NCBI RefSeq assembly: GCF_001194135.2
Contig: NC_068989.1
Coordinates: 52,264,963 to 52,328,962 of the forward strand
Direction of reading: 5' to 3'
Source: Octopus bimaculoides
Lineage: Eukaryota
Length of the DNA stretch: 64,000 bases
A program made the translations under genes and the position numbers. How positions within the stretch are numbered: position 1 is the stretch's first letter; the number at the start of each line of letters is the position of its first letter. This document shows, piece after piece, positions 1-13,310 of the stretch. The notes beneath the pieces were generated by a model that saw only the letters and a program-made list of their open reading frames with translations, did not search any database and had not been told where the DNA came from.

Positions 1-109
1 TGGTATTGACTTACCTAAGAGTCGTTCTCTTCGTCTCCTAGGAGTGACTTTCTGTAATGATTTTATTGGAGGACATACATTGAATCTATCGCCAAATCGG
101 CTGCAATGA

Positions 110-1081
110 AGGCTGTCTGTGGTGTTAGGTGACCAGATGTTAGGGGTGATTTGGTCAAGGAAATTGTATGCCATGACTGGATACTCTTCCAAGTGTGACA
201 TGGTGCAGAATTCTTTTTCCAGACATAGGGTCTTCCAGCAGCCATTTTCTTGACCCAGGTAGCACTACATCCTCCAGGCACTTTATATAGGCCTCCGTGT
301 TTAGTCTGAATCCGTGTGGGAAGATGATTGGAGGCATAATGTCGCCATCACTAGTAATCACTCCAAGCTCCATGATGTTGGTTGGATGTTTGATTTTAAT
401 CCCTCTCAGTACATCCTTTGGGCACAAGGCAAGCCAAAGGTTGTATTGTGTGTTCACCATCTTATCGTCACAGAAATATTTCCCGCCTGAGACAAACCAA
501 AGCATGTTCGATTGGAGGTGATGCTTGAGTTTGTTCAAAAGTTTCGTAGCGCGGTTTTTCCTCTTTTCCTTGATGGCTTGGTATGAAAATTGGCTCTTTC
601 TCATCTTCTATGAGGAATACCGAATGTCTTCATGCAGTACCCGCCTGATAAGAAACTCAGACACTCCCATGTCTCTGGTGATGAGCCTGATTGACTTGGA
701 AGGATCGTTGTCAATTATAGCCTGGATCTCATCAACAAATTCAGTTATTTTCAGAAGGATCAGAGTGAGTTTTCCGAGATGCTGTACCTTCGTAATCACC
801 ATTAGACCCATCCAACTCTTTCCGAATGCTCTGCATTATCCTCAGATTGACGGCAAATCACTCTGAAACGTTCGTATTGGAGCTTCCGGTGCGAATGCCA
901 AAGAGTACAGCATGTCGTTTCCAAATTCCTGGCAGTGGGAATTGCGTCATGGTGATGGATGTCTCACAGACGGTGCCCAGATGACCCTACTACACTGTCT
1001 AGTTGACAAATTGATAATCAAGCATTGCGCATGCGCGAAATAAAAACTATGAAATGGTGACAATTCACCCATCGTACCCTG
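110..1081 (-). mobile_element. Decayed Tc1/mariner-superfamily transposon, DD37D (maT/Bmmar1-like), 3'-truncated
   Basis: Minus-strand frames give 'GVITSDGDIMPPIIFPHGFRLNTEAYIKCLEDVVLP', 'AAGRPYVWKKNSAPCHT' and a WPPNSPD-like stretch. The terminus CAGGGTACGATGGGTGAATTGTCACC ends at 1081, next to TA. It is frameshifted and the catalytic motifs are mutated. Confidence 0.85.
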
Positions 1082-1649
1082 TATATGTGTGTAAAGAGAT
1101 AGATATATGCATATGTTCGTACATAACCATGTATATATTTATTGAAAATACTTCTAAGCCAACAAAGAATCGCTAAATTAATACAGGCATCATAGGAATA
1201 AATTTTAGTGAAGAAGAACAGCGTCTTACCTCCGCCAACATGCAGCATGTATGTTTGTTAATTTGATATCATGATTTCGAATTTAGCTCAAAAGGTTTTT
1301 TTCATATCATGCCTGTATTAGTCTAGTGAATTTTCTGTGAATTACAAGTATATTGACTTCTATTTTTAGCAAAGCAGGTACTTATGTATTCCCCTTGTAC
1401 ATAAAAATATATTTATATATCTTATATATAATTTATTAATTTGCCTATACGACTTTATGCTCTTGGCCACTAACGTAATTATTTTCAGAAATAATATCGT
1501 TTCGTTCTTTCATATTTATATACATGACGATCACCAAATATAACAATATCTGTTTCAACACACGATTTCACATCAGGAATCTTGCGACACAAATTGATAA
1601 ACGTATGCGTATGTGTGTGTATATATATATAGTGCAAATTTACAAATTT

Positions 1650-1810
1650 ATAGAAAAACAAGGACGAAGACAGGTGTTGAAACAACAAGCAAGTATATTA
1701 GTTTGACTCCTCGGGAAAAATGTCTTTCATGTTTCGAGCCTACGCTCTTCGACAGAAAGGAATGAGTGGAAATAAATAGAGGATGAAAAAAAAACGTGTT
1801 GAGTTCAGTG
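1650..1810 (-). repeat. Short interspersed repeat with a Penelope-type tail carrying a degenerate hammerhead motif
   Basis: Contains the stem-loop/GAAA motif at 1724-1759 and resembles 55020-55150 downstream of that motif. A related fragment 'aaaaaacaaggacgaaga' occurs near 36075. Confidence 0.5.
1724..1759 (-). ncRNA. Degenerate minimal type I hammerhead ribozyme motif
   Basis: Minus strand reads CTTT-CTGTCGA-A-GAGC(GTAG)GCTC-GAAA-CA-TG-AAAG. Helix I is CTTT/AAAG and helix II is GAGC/GCTC. There are three deviations from the consensus core. Confidence 0.5.
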
Positions 1811-1870
1811 GTCCAGCATACATACATACATGCATGCATGCATGCATGCATGTATACATACGTACATACA

Positions 1871-3806
1871 ATAACCTAATTTCAAAGTGGCTAGACTACA
1901 AGAGAGCCTTTGACTCTTTTCCCCCACTCATTGATGCTAGAAGCCCTTCAACTTTCTGGAGTTCCAGTGAGAATAGTTAAAGCGATAGCTGACCTGATTT
2001 CATCCTGGGTCACCATCTTGAAATTAAACACGAAGAGTGACTGTATTTTCACCGATAGAATGCAATATTGCAAAGGCATATTCCAAGGAGACAGCCTATC
2101 TGTGATGTTGTTCATACGTTCTGTAAACCCCTTGTCATTCATGTTAAGGAATTCTGAAGGAAATCTCACTGGTTCACAAGGAAAGAGAAACACCAAATTT
2201 ACAAACTGTTTCTTTGTGGATTACTTTAAATCTTTATGCAAAGAATGCGCATGACAAGAAAAGGGCCTTGACCTAGTTAAAACATTCTCAAAGGATGTAG
2301 GGTTGGAATTTGGTCAGGATAAATGTTACATGGTTATAAAAAGGGAGGAGACTATAAACCAGACTAGTAACAGCTCCATCAATGATTTCACATCCTGTAT
2401 CTGACAAGGAACGTTACAGGTGTATAGGGGTGGATGAAAATTTGAAAAACATTACAGACGAATAAAGAAAATTTTAACCTCAGAATTCTCTGCATTCAAG
2501 ATAACAGTGGTCCACAATGAGTTTGCAGTGCTAGTATTCATACCAACAGTTAGGCTGCTTGATGAGATCCGAGCCATTGATGTGCAAACCCGAAAAATAC
2601 TAACAAGCACACATAATTTACATATAAACACTGACGTAGACCGCCTCTACCTAAAACATAAACAAGGTGGCAGAGGCTTAATATAAATCCAAAATGCCTT
2701 TGAATGTCTCACGTATCCCTTCGGCAACATCTTTTAACCTCGTAGCGTCGAAGTGCGTCCCTTGACTAAATGTGCATATATGAGGCTGATAACATCATGA
2801 GACTTGAAAGGCAGCTCTTTGAGCAACACTCTTTGTCTGATAGCCTAGAATACATAACTAAAGAAGTCGTACGACTCTACCGCAAAATATCATCAGATGA
2901 CAGGATAAGCCTTTATGAGCAGAACACCTTGCATGGATATATTATTAGAAAGCTCCGTGATGATAGTAACATCGATCATCAAAGCAGTTTATCATGGAGT
3001 AATAGCCGGATTACTACCTCCCTATTTGAAGTGTATGCGTTTGCAATCCAGGAACAGAAAATATCAACCTGATGCACAAAAGGGATAGAGATGCGAGAAA
3101 AGCTGTAAAATGTGACAACCAATGCAGACTTTGTAGAGTTCACACTGAAGATATCACGCACATCATAAGCAGTTGTCTGAAAATGTCATCACGGTATTAT
3201 TTACCGATGAGATATGACATTGTAACTAGGACGCTCTATAATAAAATGCGTCGGAAGGTTAATCCCGAGGACAAAGAAATAGAAAGCCAGAATATGGTAG
3301 AAACGATAGCCACTCATAATGAAAAGGAATACTGGTGGAATATACCAGTGAATACTCCAATAAAATGTAAATACAACAGACCTGATATAATGATTTGTGA
3401 TAGAAAAGAAAATATGTACACAATTGTGGAAATTAGTTGCCCAACAGATGTTAACATAAAACTGAAGATCAGTGCAAAAGAGAACACCTATGCTGAACTA
3501 TTGAGAAATCTGTAGTTACTCCATCCAGATTACAAGTTCAGATTTATGCCTGTAATTATTCGGGACTCGGGATACGTAACACACTGCCTAGTTACCGATC
3601 TTGAAAAATTAGCGTTCTTAAAACCAGAAAGGAGAAAGCTAATTCGAGGACTACAGATACAATCCATTATTAGAACTGTAAAAATCTGTAAAATCTTCCA
3701 GAAATTTATCATTTAAATATATATGCGCATGTCTAGATATGTAACTATATGCATGAGAATACAAATCTGCACATACGTACATAAAAAATCTGCACATACG
3801 TACATA
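1871..3806 (+). mobile_element. 5'-truncated, decayed R4/Dong-clade non-LTR retrotransposon (RT plus restriction-like endonuclease)
   Basis: RT motifs 'WLDYKRAFDSF' and 'KGIFQGDSLS'. A 'DVDRLYLK..GGRGL'-type segment lies at ~2630-2680. Also a CCHC knuckle 'CRLCRVHTEDITHIISSC' and RLE 'NRPDIMICDRKENMYTIVEISCP'. Many stops and frameshifts. Flanked by TACA-type microsatellite. Confidence 0.88.
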
Positions 3807-3890
3807 TATACATACATACACACATACATACATACATACGTACATACATACATACATACATACATACATACATACATACATACATACGTA
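3790..3890 (+). repeat. (TACA)n microsatellite at the 3' end of the R4/Dong element
   Basis: Directly visible tandem TACA units. Confidence 0.95.
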
Positions 3891-5934
3891 TAAAGAAAAA
3901 TACCCTGTTGTTGATGTTGAAATTCCAATGAAGGAATCTTGGATCTAGGTTAGAAACCGATTCTTTCTGCATTGGCGATATATTTTGAAATAAACTGAAT
4001 AATGACCTACATACACGGGTATGTGTTTGTCTGTGTGCATGTGTACATATCTGGGACTCTTTGTATAACTACACATCTGTATTCTCTTTACGTGCGTGAT
4101 TCATATTGATTTTTCCTACTTAATTCGTAGTATGTGTTAATGTGTTGTTTATTTAACGTCCTACATGATTGAACCGGAATAATGCACCCTTATAAGTAGT
4201 CGATGGTTTTAGTGACCTCCACATACATTTCCTGATTTGCTCCAATTATAATTACCTACCATTGAATGAGGCATGTTATTTCTTGTATTCACAATTGGCA
4301 CCTAAGTTGTTAACGTTAGTGAATGTTGTATGACGTTCTTTTCAAGTTGTGTTTACTCCACCAACCATTTTATTTCTGTACACCTTTCTCTTTGCTTTTA
4401 TTTTTTGTAGTAATTACTTTTTATGGAACATATCTAATGACAGTGTTGCCCTAAGTAATTTTTTATGGCTTTCACTTTTCTTACTATAACATATATTTAA
4501 GCTGTGCGTGTTTTGATATTTTTATTTGCAATTCCTAACTTTTTTTATAGTTTGTACTGCTTCTTTTTACTCCGTTGCGTGTGACTACCGTTTGCATGTG
4601 ATGTTGCCAGGTGTTGCGGTAAAAAAAAAAAAACAGAAACACAGCATTTAACAAGTTCTTCTTAAGTCAATTGGAGGTGTATTTAAATCATAACTAACAT
4701 TAAAATGATTAATTTCCGTCTTGCACTTGACTATTAAAACGCCAAGATGTACAGACATTTTCCATGGATTCACCGAAGCATATATTACTCCCATTCTCAA
4801 CCATCTTACGTATTTCTTTTTCATATTATGTTTCAGAGAAATAGACACCACATCTTAGATTTAGAAGCAACATTTAGTGGTTCAGAGCACCAAGGGGTAA
4901 CAATCACTCAAGTTTGACCTCCTGCTTCAAAATCCAGTTCCGTTTACAAATGAAATGGAATGGAAGACAGTCAAATGGCATATGATTTCTAGATTTCGTT
5001 TAGACCAGAAATCATTCATGTGAAACTCTGAACTCCTTTTATAATCTACCCTGATTATATGAATGTCAGATATAGCTGCTGTTAGTGTAAAGACTTACAG
5101 TGATTGGGAAAGCCATAAAGCAGTGATACGCGCTATAGACTGAGAGCGATTCTTAAATTCGTTTTATAATTCTGAACGTCACTTGATTACATTTTATCAT
5201 AATGTCACCACGATAAATTCTAAGAGCTCTTATATTATTAACTCCGTCTATACAAATTATAGGGTTGTATTCATAATTTTGTTGTGTGATGAATATTATC
5301 TAACATATGTAATAATGGACACGAGAATGGCCAATTATACTAAACATTGAATGATTGATTACGCTTAGAAGAATGTCAGACAAGATTCAAAATGAACAAC
5401 TATCGTTATTAGAAAATAAAGATATCGACTGAAAACTGAAGATAATGTCGCTGAGTTCACAGTCGCACTAGAGTTTCTGTATCATTCAAATTGTTGAAAA
5501 TCATTTGCAGTAATTAACTTACTTTAACATTAATTTATAATAAACTTTGTGACTGGTAGTTTTCAAAACACTAATCATATACTTATTTAATTATATTTTC
5601 TTGCTTAACCTAAGTAACATTACAAGAACACTAGAAATAGAAATACATTTGTTTTATGATTTGATTTTTAACTTGGTTCAAAATTATTTCAAAGTACGCA
5701 AAGCATTGCCACAAAGAAACTGAATATTAAGACTTGTAATCACCGTAGTTATCATAATATAAGTGTCACTAAGAACAAGTGTATTGAAATAGTCATTATA
5801 GAAGATTAACAACACATCGAGACTAGATGGTATACAAATATTTAGATATATCTCATATCTATCTTTCGTGAAAATTTCAAGTGAATGGAGTAAATACTTC
5901 GTAAGTTATAAGCAAATAAAGAAACAATCTTGTA

Positions 5935-6355
5935 AATTGCAGCGGTCAAAAGTTAAGGGTCACTTAGAAAAAAATGAACTACTGAGCGAGATATTTGTTG
6001 TGTAGAAGACTGTTAATGGGCTAACAGTTACTTTTTGTGATCTTACATTATTGGAACATTCAACTGTCAACACGGCAGCTTGTAAGAGACTATCGCGTAC
6101 TGTGATGTAAAACAAAGGATTGTATACCTTCAGCAAGGGAGCAAGTCAAATTCTCTGGTAGCAACTACTGTAGAAATGTCTAGAAGTGTTGTGCAACGAA
6201 TTGTGGCTCGTTTTAAGTCATCAGGATCAACAAATGCTAAAGCCAAAACGGGTAAACCTCGTAAAATTTCACAAATACAGGATCGTATTATGGTTAGAAT
6301 GTCATTGAGGGATAGGTTTAAGGGTGCTGCTGACATACCCCGCGAGTTTAGCTCC
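5935..6355 (+). mobile_element. 5' fragment of a Tc1-like transposon (TIR plus paired-like HTH)
   Basis: TIR-like 'gcagcggtcaaaagttaagggtcacttagaaa' at ~5939. Frame 'DVKQRIVYLQQG..MSRSVVQRIVARFKSSGSTNAKAKTGKPRKISQIQDRIMVRMSLRDRF' carries a GRPR-like linker. It is cut off by a SINE remnant. Confidence 0.8.
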
Positions 6356-6374
6356 ACTTCCGATTATTCTATCG

Positions 6375-6490
6375 ACAATTATTTTATGGACCCCAAATGG
6401 ATGAAAGGTAAAGTCAACGTCGGCAGAATTTGGGCTCTAGACACAAAGACAGATGAAATGCCGCGGAGAATTTTGCCCAGGATTTTAAGG
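6375..6490 (-). mobile_element. tRNA-derived SINE remnant (Meta-domain-like family)
   Basis: 'gaccccaaatggatgaaaggtaaagtcaacgtcggcagaattt' resembles the copies at 29715-29880 and 60102-60273. Confidence 0.6.
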
Positions 6491-6605
6491 TTTCTGCCAG
6501 TTCACCGTCTTTGGATTAATACAAGAAACGCATGTTCCCGATTTCTGCCGAAACGAACTAATTACCAGACACTATGTAATATACCTTCAAATAAGCCCGA
6601 TATTT

Positions 6606-6606
6606 A

Positions 6607-6647
<41 letters not shown>

Positions 6648-6900
6648 TGTATGTGTGTGTATGTGTGTGTGCGTGCGTGTGTGTGTGTGTGTGTGGTGTG
6701 NNNNNNNNNNGTATGTGTGTGTATGTGTGTGTGCGTGCGTGTGTGTGTGTGTGTGTGGTGTGTGTGTGTGTATGTGTGTGTGTGCGTGTGTGGGTGTGTG
6801 TGTGTGTGTGTGTGTGGAGAGAGAGAGAGTGAGAGCGAGAAAGAGTTAGTTAGTTAGTTAGATAGATAGATAGATAAATAGATAGATAGATAAATAGATA
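6606..6900. repeat. Compound (GT)n/(GA)n/(GATA)n microsatellite with a 10-N gap
   Basis: Directly visible. Confidence 0.95.
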
Positions 6901-7910
6901 GATGGCGGACTAGATTAGACAGGTTAGTGCTACTAGCCTACGAAACATTAGCTAGCAGGAGACTAAATCAAACTGAGTTACTGGGTATACGTGTATGTAG
7001 AACACGCATATGGATAAGGTATATATCAAAAACGAGTGCATAAACACACGCACATATGCACATATATATACACATAAACACACATACACACACATATATA
7101 TGTACATACATATATACATACAGAGAGAGAGAGAGAGAGAGATGAAATAATCGTTTATATATATTTACTGTTCCACCTTAAACTTGTTATGTCATTTTAA
7201 TGAGAAGTATCCTCTTCTTCTGTCTTCATTCCGTGACTAAATTACATACATGCTTCTGTTGAAAGATTTTGCAATTAAAGATGACAGGCGTACAAATGAT
7301 AGGGCAACGCTGAAGTTCTTTTTCTTTCTACTTATTACGCAAGATAATCCGTAGTGTGAGCAAGGAAAGTACGATGCAGTCAGGATCCAACTGAGGACAA
7401 TTAACATTATTATTTCCTCTGAAACTTACTAAAATATGTTATTGGATTTGAGAAGGGAATATGAACGTGAAAGAACACATTTAAGGTAACAATGCACAAA
7501 TATATGCACCCGCATACGTTCATATTTATATACACACACAAACACACACACACAGATACACACACATACATATGTGTGTGTGTACTGACGCATTACGTGC
7601 CTTTGGCATGCAATATTTTTGTAGCCGTCTTAATCGAAAGTGACTCCAGGATATCAAGCAAACATAATGTGGATCTCCTAATATTCCTCTTTAGATGTAA
7701 TTACGAGATGCATAATTTTTATAAGCTAAATAAAAAAAAAATGTTAATAGTCTTCAAGCCTTTATGCTTCCTATGAAACAAGATTTAAAGTTTAAATGAG
7801 GAGGGATCAGGATTCTCAAAATCTTGTGTATACACAAAATTATGTAATATATAAATTAAATAATAAAACAATCAGCAGTTATCTCAAAGGAGGCCTTAGA
7901 TAATACATAT

Positions 7911-8310
7911 TCTCTTTACTCTCTTGTACGCTTTTACTTGTTTCAGTCATTTGACTGAGGCCATGCTGCAGCACCGCCTTTAGTCGAGCAAATCGACCGC
8001 GTGACTTATTCTTTGTAAGCCTAGTACTTATTCTATCGGTCACTTTTGCCGAACCGCTAAGTTACGGGGACATAAACACACCACCATCGGTCGTCAAGGG
8101 GGACGAACAAAGACACAAACATTCACACATATATTCATACATATATACGACGGGCTTCTTTCAGTTTCCGTCAAACAAACCCAGTCACAAGGCTTTGGTC
8201 AGCTCGAGGCTATAGTAGAAGACACTTCTCCAATATGCCACGCAGTGGGACTGAACCCGGAACCATGTGGTTGGTAAAAAGCTACTTATCACAAAGCCAC
8301 TCTTGCGCCT
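7911..8310 (-). mobile_element. Full-length tRNA-derived SINE (octopus OK/OR-type, CORE-like centre)
   Basis: tRNA-like head with B-box 'GGTTCAGTCC', a CORE-like segment and a (AAAAGAGT)n tail. Collinear with 30898-31310 and 40627-41054. Confidence 0.88.
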
Positions 8311-11300
8311 ATATAGTGTATTTTCATTCTTATTTTTCTTTTGTATAAACGTTGAATGCTACTTATATTATTTTGCATCATTTATTTTGCTACCATTGGT
8401 ATTTTATTCTTTAATATACTGGGTGTACCACTGTAAAACCCTCGTGAGAGGAGTTTAATTAAAAATCTGGTTGTGTCTCATAAATCCCACTCGTCGTCAA
8501 TTGTTTTTATTTATTGACTTTTCTCCTTCATTTGGGATGAAGATGTATGTTTTACTAGAATTACCAGCGGAGATTTATCTTAGCTACTCATTTTCTGTTA
8601 AGCCTCACTTTTTGTTACTTTCGTTTGTTTTGTCTTGTCAGTAAACGAAAATGCAAGATCTTTGAAAACATGTCACTATAACCCGAATATGAAAATTATT
8701 CAATAAATATATCAATGGGCGTTTTAAATTCTAAATAGAAATAAGATGTGCATAATTTTATTACGATTACAGAGGAGAGCATACATTTACAGTGTCGAAT
8801 TCCAAACTGCTTGTTCTGAGTATTTTCTATGGGGAATAGCCAATATTTGCATTTACAATGTAACTCTTTGTAGATACCTACCAAAAGTTAAGTGTTTCTC
8901 ATATTATTTTTATTATTTCTAGAGGGCTGAATTCATATTATCTTAACTGTTAATAAAAAAATACGTAGATTAGAATTTAAACAACAGACGCTGCCAACCA
9001 TAAAATACCGGCACCTTTAATACGTGAAGCAAAATAGGAGTTAAAACGATTCTCCTCATCGTTGTTGGTATCTTAGCACTTACAATCCACTCTAAGATGA
9101 TTTGAAATGGAAATAATAGTTTACAAATAATAGTTTACCTGCTGATCTCTCTCTCTCTCCCTTCCTNNNNNNNNNNATATGTGTGCATGTATATATATAA
9201 AGAGAGAGATAAACAGTGAGATAGATATGCATGTTTGTGCATATATACATATATATACACACATCTATCAATATATGCATGTGTGTATATATGTCTGCAT
9301 AAATATATACATACATTCATACATATAAATAGGTGTGTGTATTTTCCCCTTGTTTGCAACTCACGCGGAAAATATAGATAAACAGTTACCAGGGTAGCAA
9401 GAACTCACACAAGTAATAAGGACGTAAAACTATCTTTGTAAAGGTAGAACCTCCAGGTTGTTGTGAAATATTTTGTATAACATATATAAATAAATGAATG
9501 GAATTAAACGCAGGTATTATTCAAATTCTTTTACTTCCGACATATGTTTCGAAGATAACATTGGTATTATTCCAAAAGAATAAAATGGTGTGAAACAATG
9601 TAATTGAAAGAAAGACACCAAACTCATCAATAAGACATTTTAACAAAATGTGATGGATATGAATAATGATGAACAGAACGCTATTAATTTTTTTTTTAAC
9701 CGTTAAAAGATATAACGTCATATGTAGCCTATAGAAAGAGAATGGTAAAGGAAAGAAGCTAGCAGAAAACTAACAAAGGAGTAATATAGAGCGATATGTG
9801 AATTAAAATGAAAGCTTAAAGACTTAGAAAATGGTGAGTAAATTGCCCTTACAAAACAGAACAAATTTGTCTGTATGGCAGTTTGTTGACAAATTTTTCT
9901 GCTTTGTAAGAGTAATTTATTCAGTATTTCTGCTGTTCTGACTGTACTTATGCGTTCGAAAGAAAACATAACATCGTATTTATCGTACTTGTATCGTACA
10001 ATACACATTTGGACGCTTAAAATAACAAAAAATTGTTAGTTTGTTTATATTCATATGGACGTTGATACATAAATATATACATGCATACAGAGAGCCACTC
10101 ACACATACACATATATATATCTACAAGAGGTGAGAAAGTTAATCTACTGTTATATCTCAAGCTACTGCTATCTAGCACCTTCGGATGCTCTCTACTCAAC
10201 CGCTACTCGACTGCTACTCAACACTCAACCACGGCCAGAGTACCTCTATTTATATGTCTTGGGAGACACACATATATATATATATATATATAGGTTTGTT
10301 CTTAGAACTTAAGCTGTTACTACATACTCTGCAGGGAATGAGTTTAATGATCCTCCCAGCCCACGTCCCAAAATTTGTTATGTAATAGAAATAAATGCAT
10401 CTGGCTAAAATAACCAGACTAATTTGTGAAACTGTCTTGTGCCTCTAAATCCACAGTTGTCATAACATCACCATATTAATTTTGGCATATTACAGACATT
10501 TCATGTTTACATCATTTATATCGCTTTATTTATTTACTTATTTTTGCTTCACATAAATATTATTCTAAGCTTGTTAAACTTCTTAATTCATAATTTCGTA
10601 CATGCGCACGTATCGGAGCTGTAGATTGTCAATTTAATTAATGATAGTATGTAACTGTTACCATACTTTGTTACTGTACTCAGCAACGCAAATACGGATC
10701 CAGAAGGTGTTTGATTTCAAGCGTAAAAAAAAGACTTGAAGTATATTCTAACGTTTTTCTTACTCATTCAGATTTAAAATATGCGCTTGATAAAATATGT
10801 ACCGTTAATTTATCAAATGTTCGATTCAGCTCACTAAATTGCATAACTTATATGAAAGGAGAAAACTTCAATTCACTTTGATTTTTAGTAACTGGTTACT
10901 GTTCTGTAAATATTCACAACCACTTGTATTGCGTTAGATTTGCATGATATATACAAAACTTTTACAAAAATTATCTATCCTGGCTGTCACCAAACTTCAT
11001 ATGTTTGAGATATTCATCAATGAAGTCCGCATTATATAATTTTCGAAAAATAACGAAAGTAATAATATATACAACTTGTCCTACGATGCATATATACATC
11101 AAAAGTGTTATATTGATCTTCACCCCTCTGCATATGGCGAAATCAATTAGAGTAATATAATATAGTCAATTGCATGATCGATTACAATATTGCCAAACTT
11201 CAGCTGTGCAAAATCTGCATCAGATTCTTTTCACACAATTTATTGCTTTGCGGCTATATTTTATATCTTACTTTTAGAAATTCAGATACATGTGCCTATC

Positions 11301-12056
11301 ATAATAGAGAAATAAATATATTAACTTCTCACCGTACAATAAACCATTTAATGTTGTCTCATGAACTTGTAGTTACGAAGATCATTTTACAGTTATAAAT
11401 TATCGAGTTCGATCCCAGTATTTATATATAATTATGGCAGTGCCATTTTTCCATGCTCTTGAGAAAATCCAAAAAATTGAAGTGAAATATAGTTTAATAC
11501 AGTGATCGTACCACATGATTCGGTTGGGAATACAAGTGCTTACGAATATTTAACTATTCACAATTGTTAGGCATTTCAGAAGGTGGAAACAAAGAAATAA
11601 TCGACTGAAAACAGGATGAGGAACAATTTACTCACTCATATATGTATATACATACACACATACGAAAACAAACACACACATACACATGCATATATATCTT
11701 GTATATAAATGGCAATTTCTGCCTGTTTGTCTTTCTCTCCGTCTGTCTGTTAACGTCTTGCTCCCTAGACCAGGGAAGCAATCATCAACAAACTTTGTAT
11801 ACATGTTGAACTAATGTCCAATTCAATTATAGCCTAATTGAATTTCAATAAAAATCGATAATGGACCGACTACGAGGGTTAGGTTATTACATGATAAAAT
11901 AAGGGGTACAAAAGTGTTGGGTTCAGGGAAAGGTGACATAATGAGAGTGGTTGATAACAGGGAAGGGGATGAGACAGGAGGAGATAGACACACAGGTAAT
12001 GCGAGAGACAAGGAGAAAGTACGAAAAACAGGGACACTGCTATATATATAACAGAA

Positions 12057-12100
<44 letters not shown>

Positions 12101-12102
<2 letters not shown>

Positions 12103-12350
12103 CGAAAACTGGTACACCGATTTGATGTATGGTGTGTCAAATGATTGAGTAATCTAAGGACTCATATAAACTTTATTTTCATTTACGCATTTGCGTTACC
12201 AAACTTTAACATTATAATCTTTTCTATAAGTCCATTATCGTAAACATTTTATATCACGACCACACGACGACGATGACGTCACATTTTCTATATGAGTGTA
12301 TTCCTTAAAAGACATACATTTCTCTATATGTTACGGTGAAATACAGTCAT

Positions 12351-12435
<85 letters not shown>

Positions 12436-13310
12436 TATACAAAATATGATTATTCATATGTATTTACGTATGTGTATATCAAAGCTGTGTGTGTCAGACA
12501 GTACACATACATGACAATACACACCTTCATTCACTATCTCCCTCTCTCCTTCTCTCTCTCTCTCTCTCCTTCTCCCTCTCTCTCTCTCACGCACACGCAC
12601 ACACATACAGATACACGTACATTTCATATACACGTACAGACATCTTTTACTTTTTTCAAAGCATATAGAAATAAAACATTTTTACGGAAATTAAGAATAC
12701 ATTCGAAAACTGATTTACCGATTTTGACGTATGGGGTATCAAAAGATTCGGTAATCTTTCGGTTCATAAATGAAGTTTATTTTCGTTTACATATTTGCAT
12801 TACAAACATTTAACATTTTAATCTTTCTATAATTCGAACTATCCTAAACGAAATGTTATACCACGACGACAACGACATCATATTTTCTGTATGAGTGTGT
12901 GCCTTAAAAGACATCCATATACATTTATGTTATGGGGAAATACAGTCACTCACTTTCCTCTCACATGCAGATGCACACATACATACAAAAATGTATGCAT
13001 ATCTATTTATGTTCGTGTATATAAAAGATAATGAGATAGAGAGCGAATGGATGAGTGCTACCTACACGTACATGCAAAAATATGCATACACTACAACACA
13101 CAATTTCACTCACACTCTCTCTCTCACCCTCACACACATATACACAGACGCACACACACACACGTCCATTTCATATACACGTACAGGAATCTTTCACTTT
13201 CTTCTCTCAATTCAAAGAAAATGTCATCTTTTTACTTTCTCCTCTCTTTGAATTTTTGCTCTCTTCAAAGCACAAAGAAGTTATAAATTTTTAGGGAAAT
13301 TAACGAACAA
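12101..13310. repeat. Diverged tandem duplication of a ~600-bp unit
   Basis: 12101-12700 aligns by eye with 12701-13310, e.g. 'cttaaaagacat', 'gaaatacagtca' and 'catttcatatacacgtacag' occur in both. Confidence 0.8.

Noticed and set aside
3915-3975. 'ccaatgaaggaatcttggatctaggttagaaaccga' has a hammerhead-like layout
   Set aside because: The core lacks U4 and G5, and the helices pair poorly in this copy.
6606-6857. Long VCVCVC, YIYIYI, HTHTHT and poly-X ORFs here and throughout the track
   Set aside because: These are translations of microsatellites or N-gaps, not genes.
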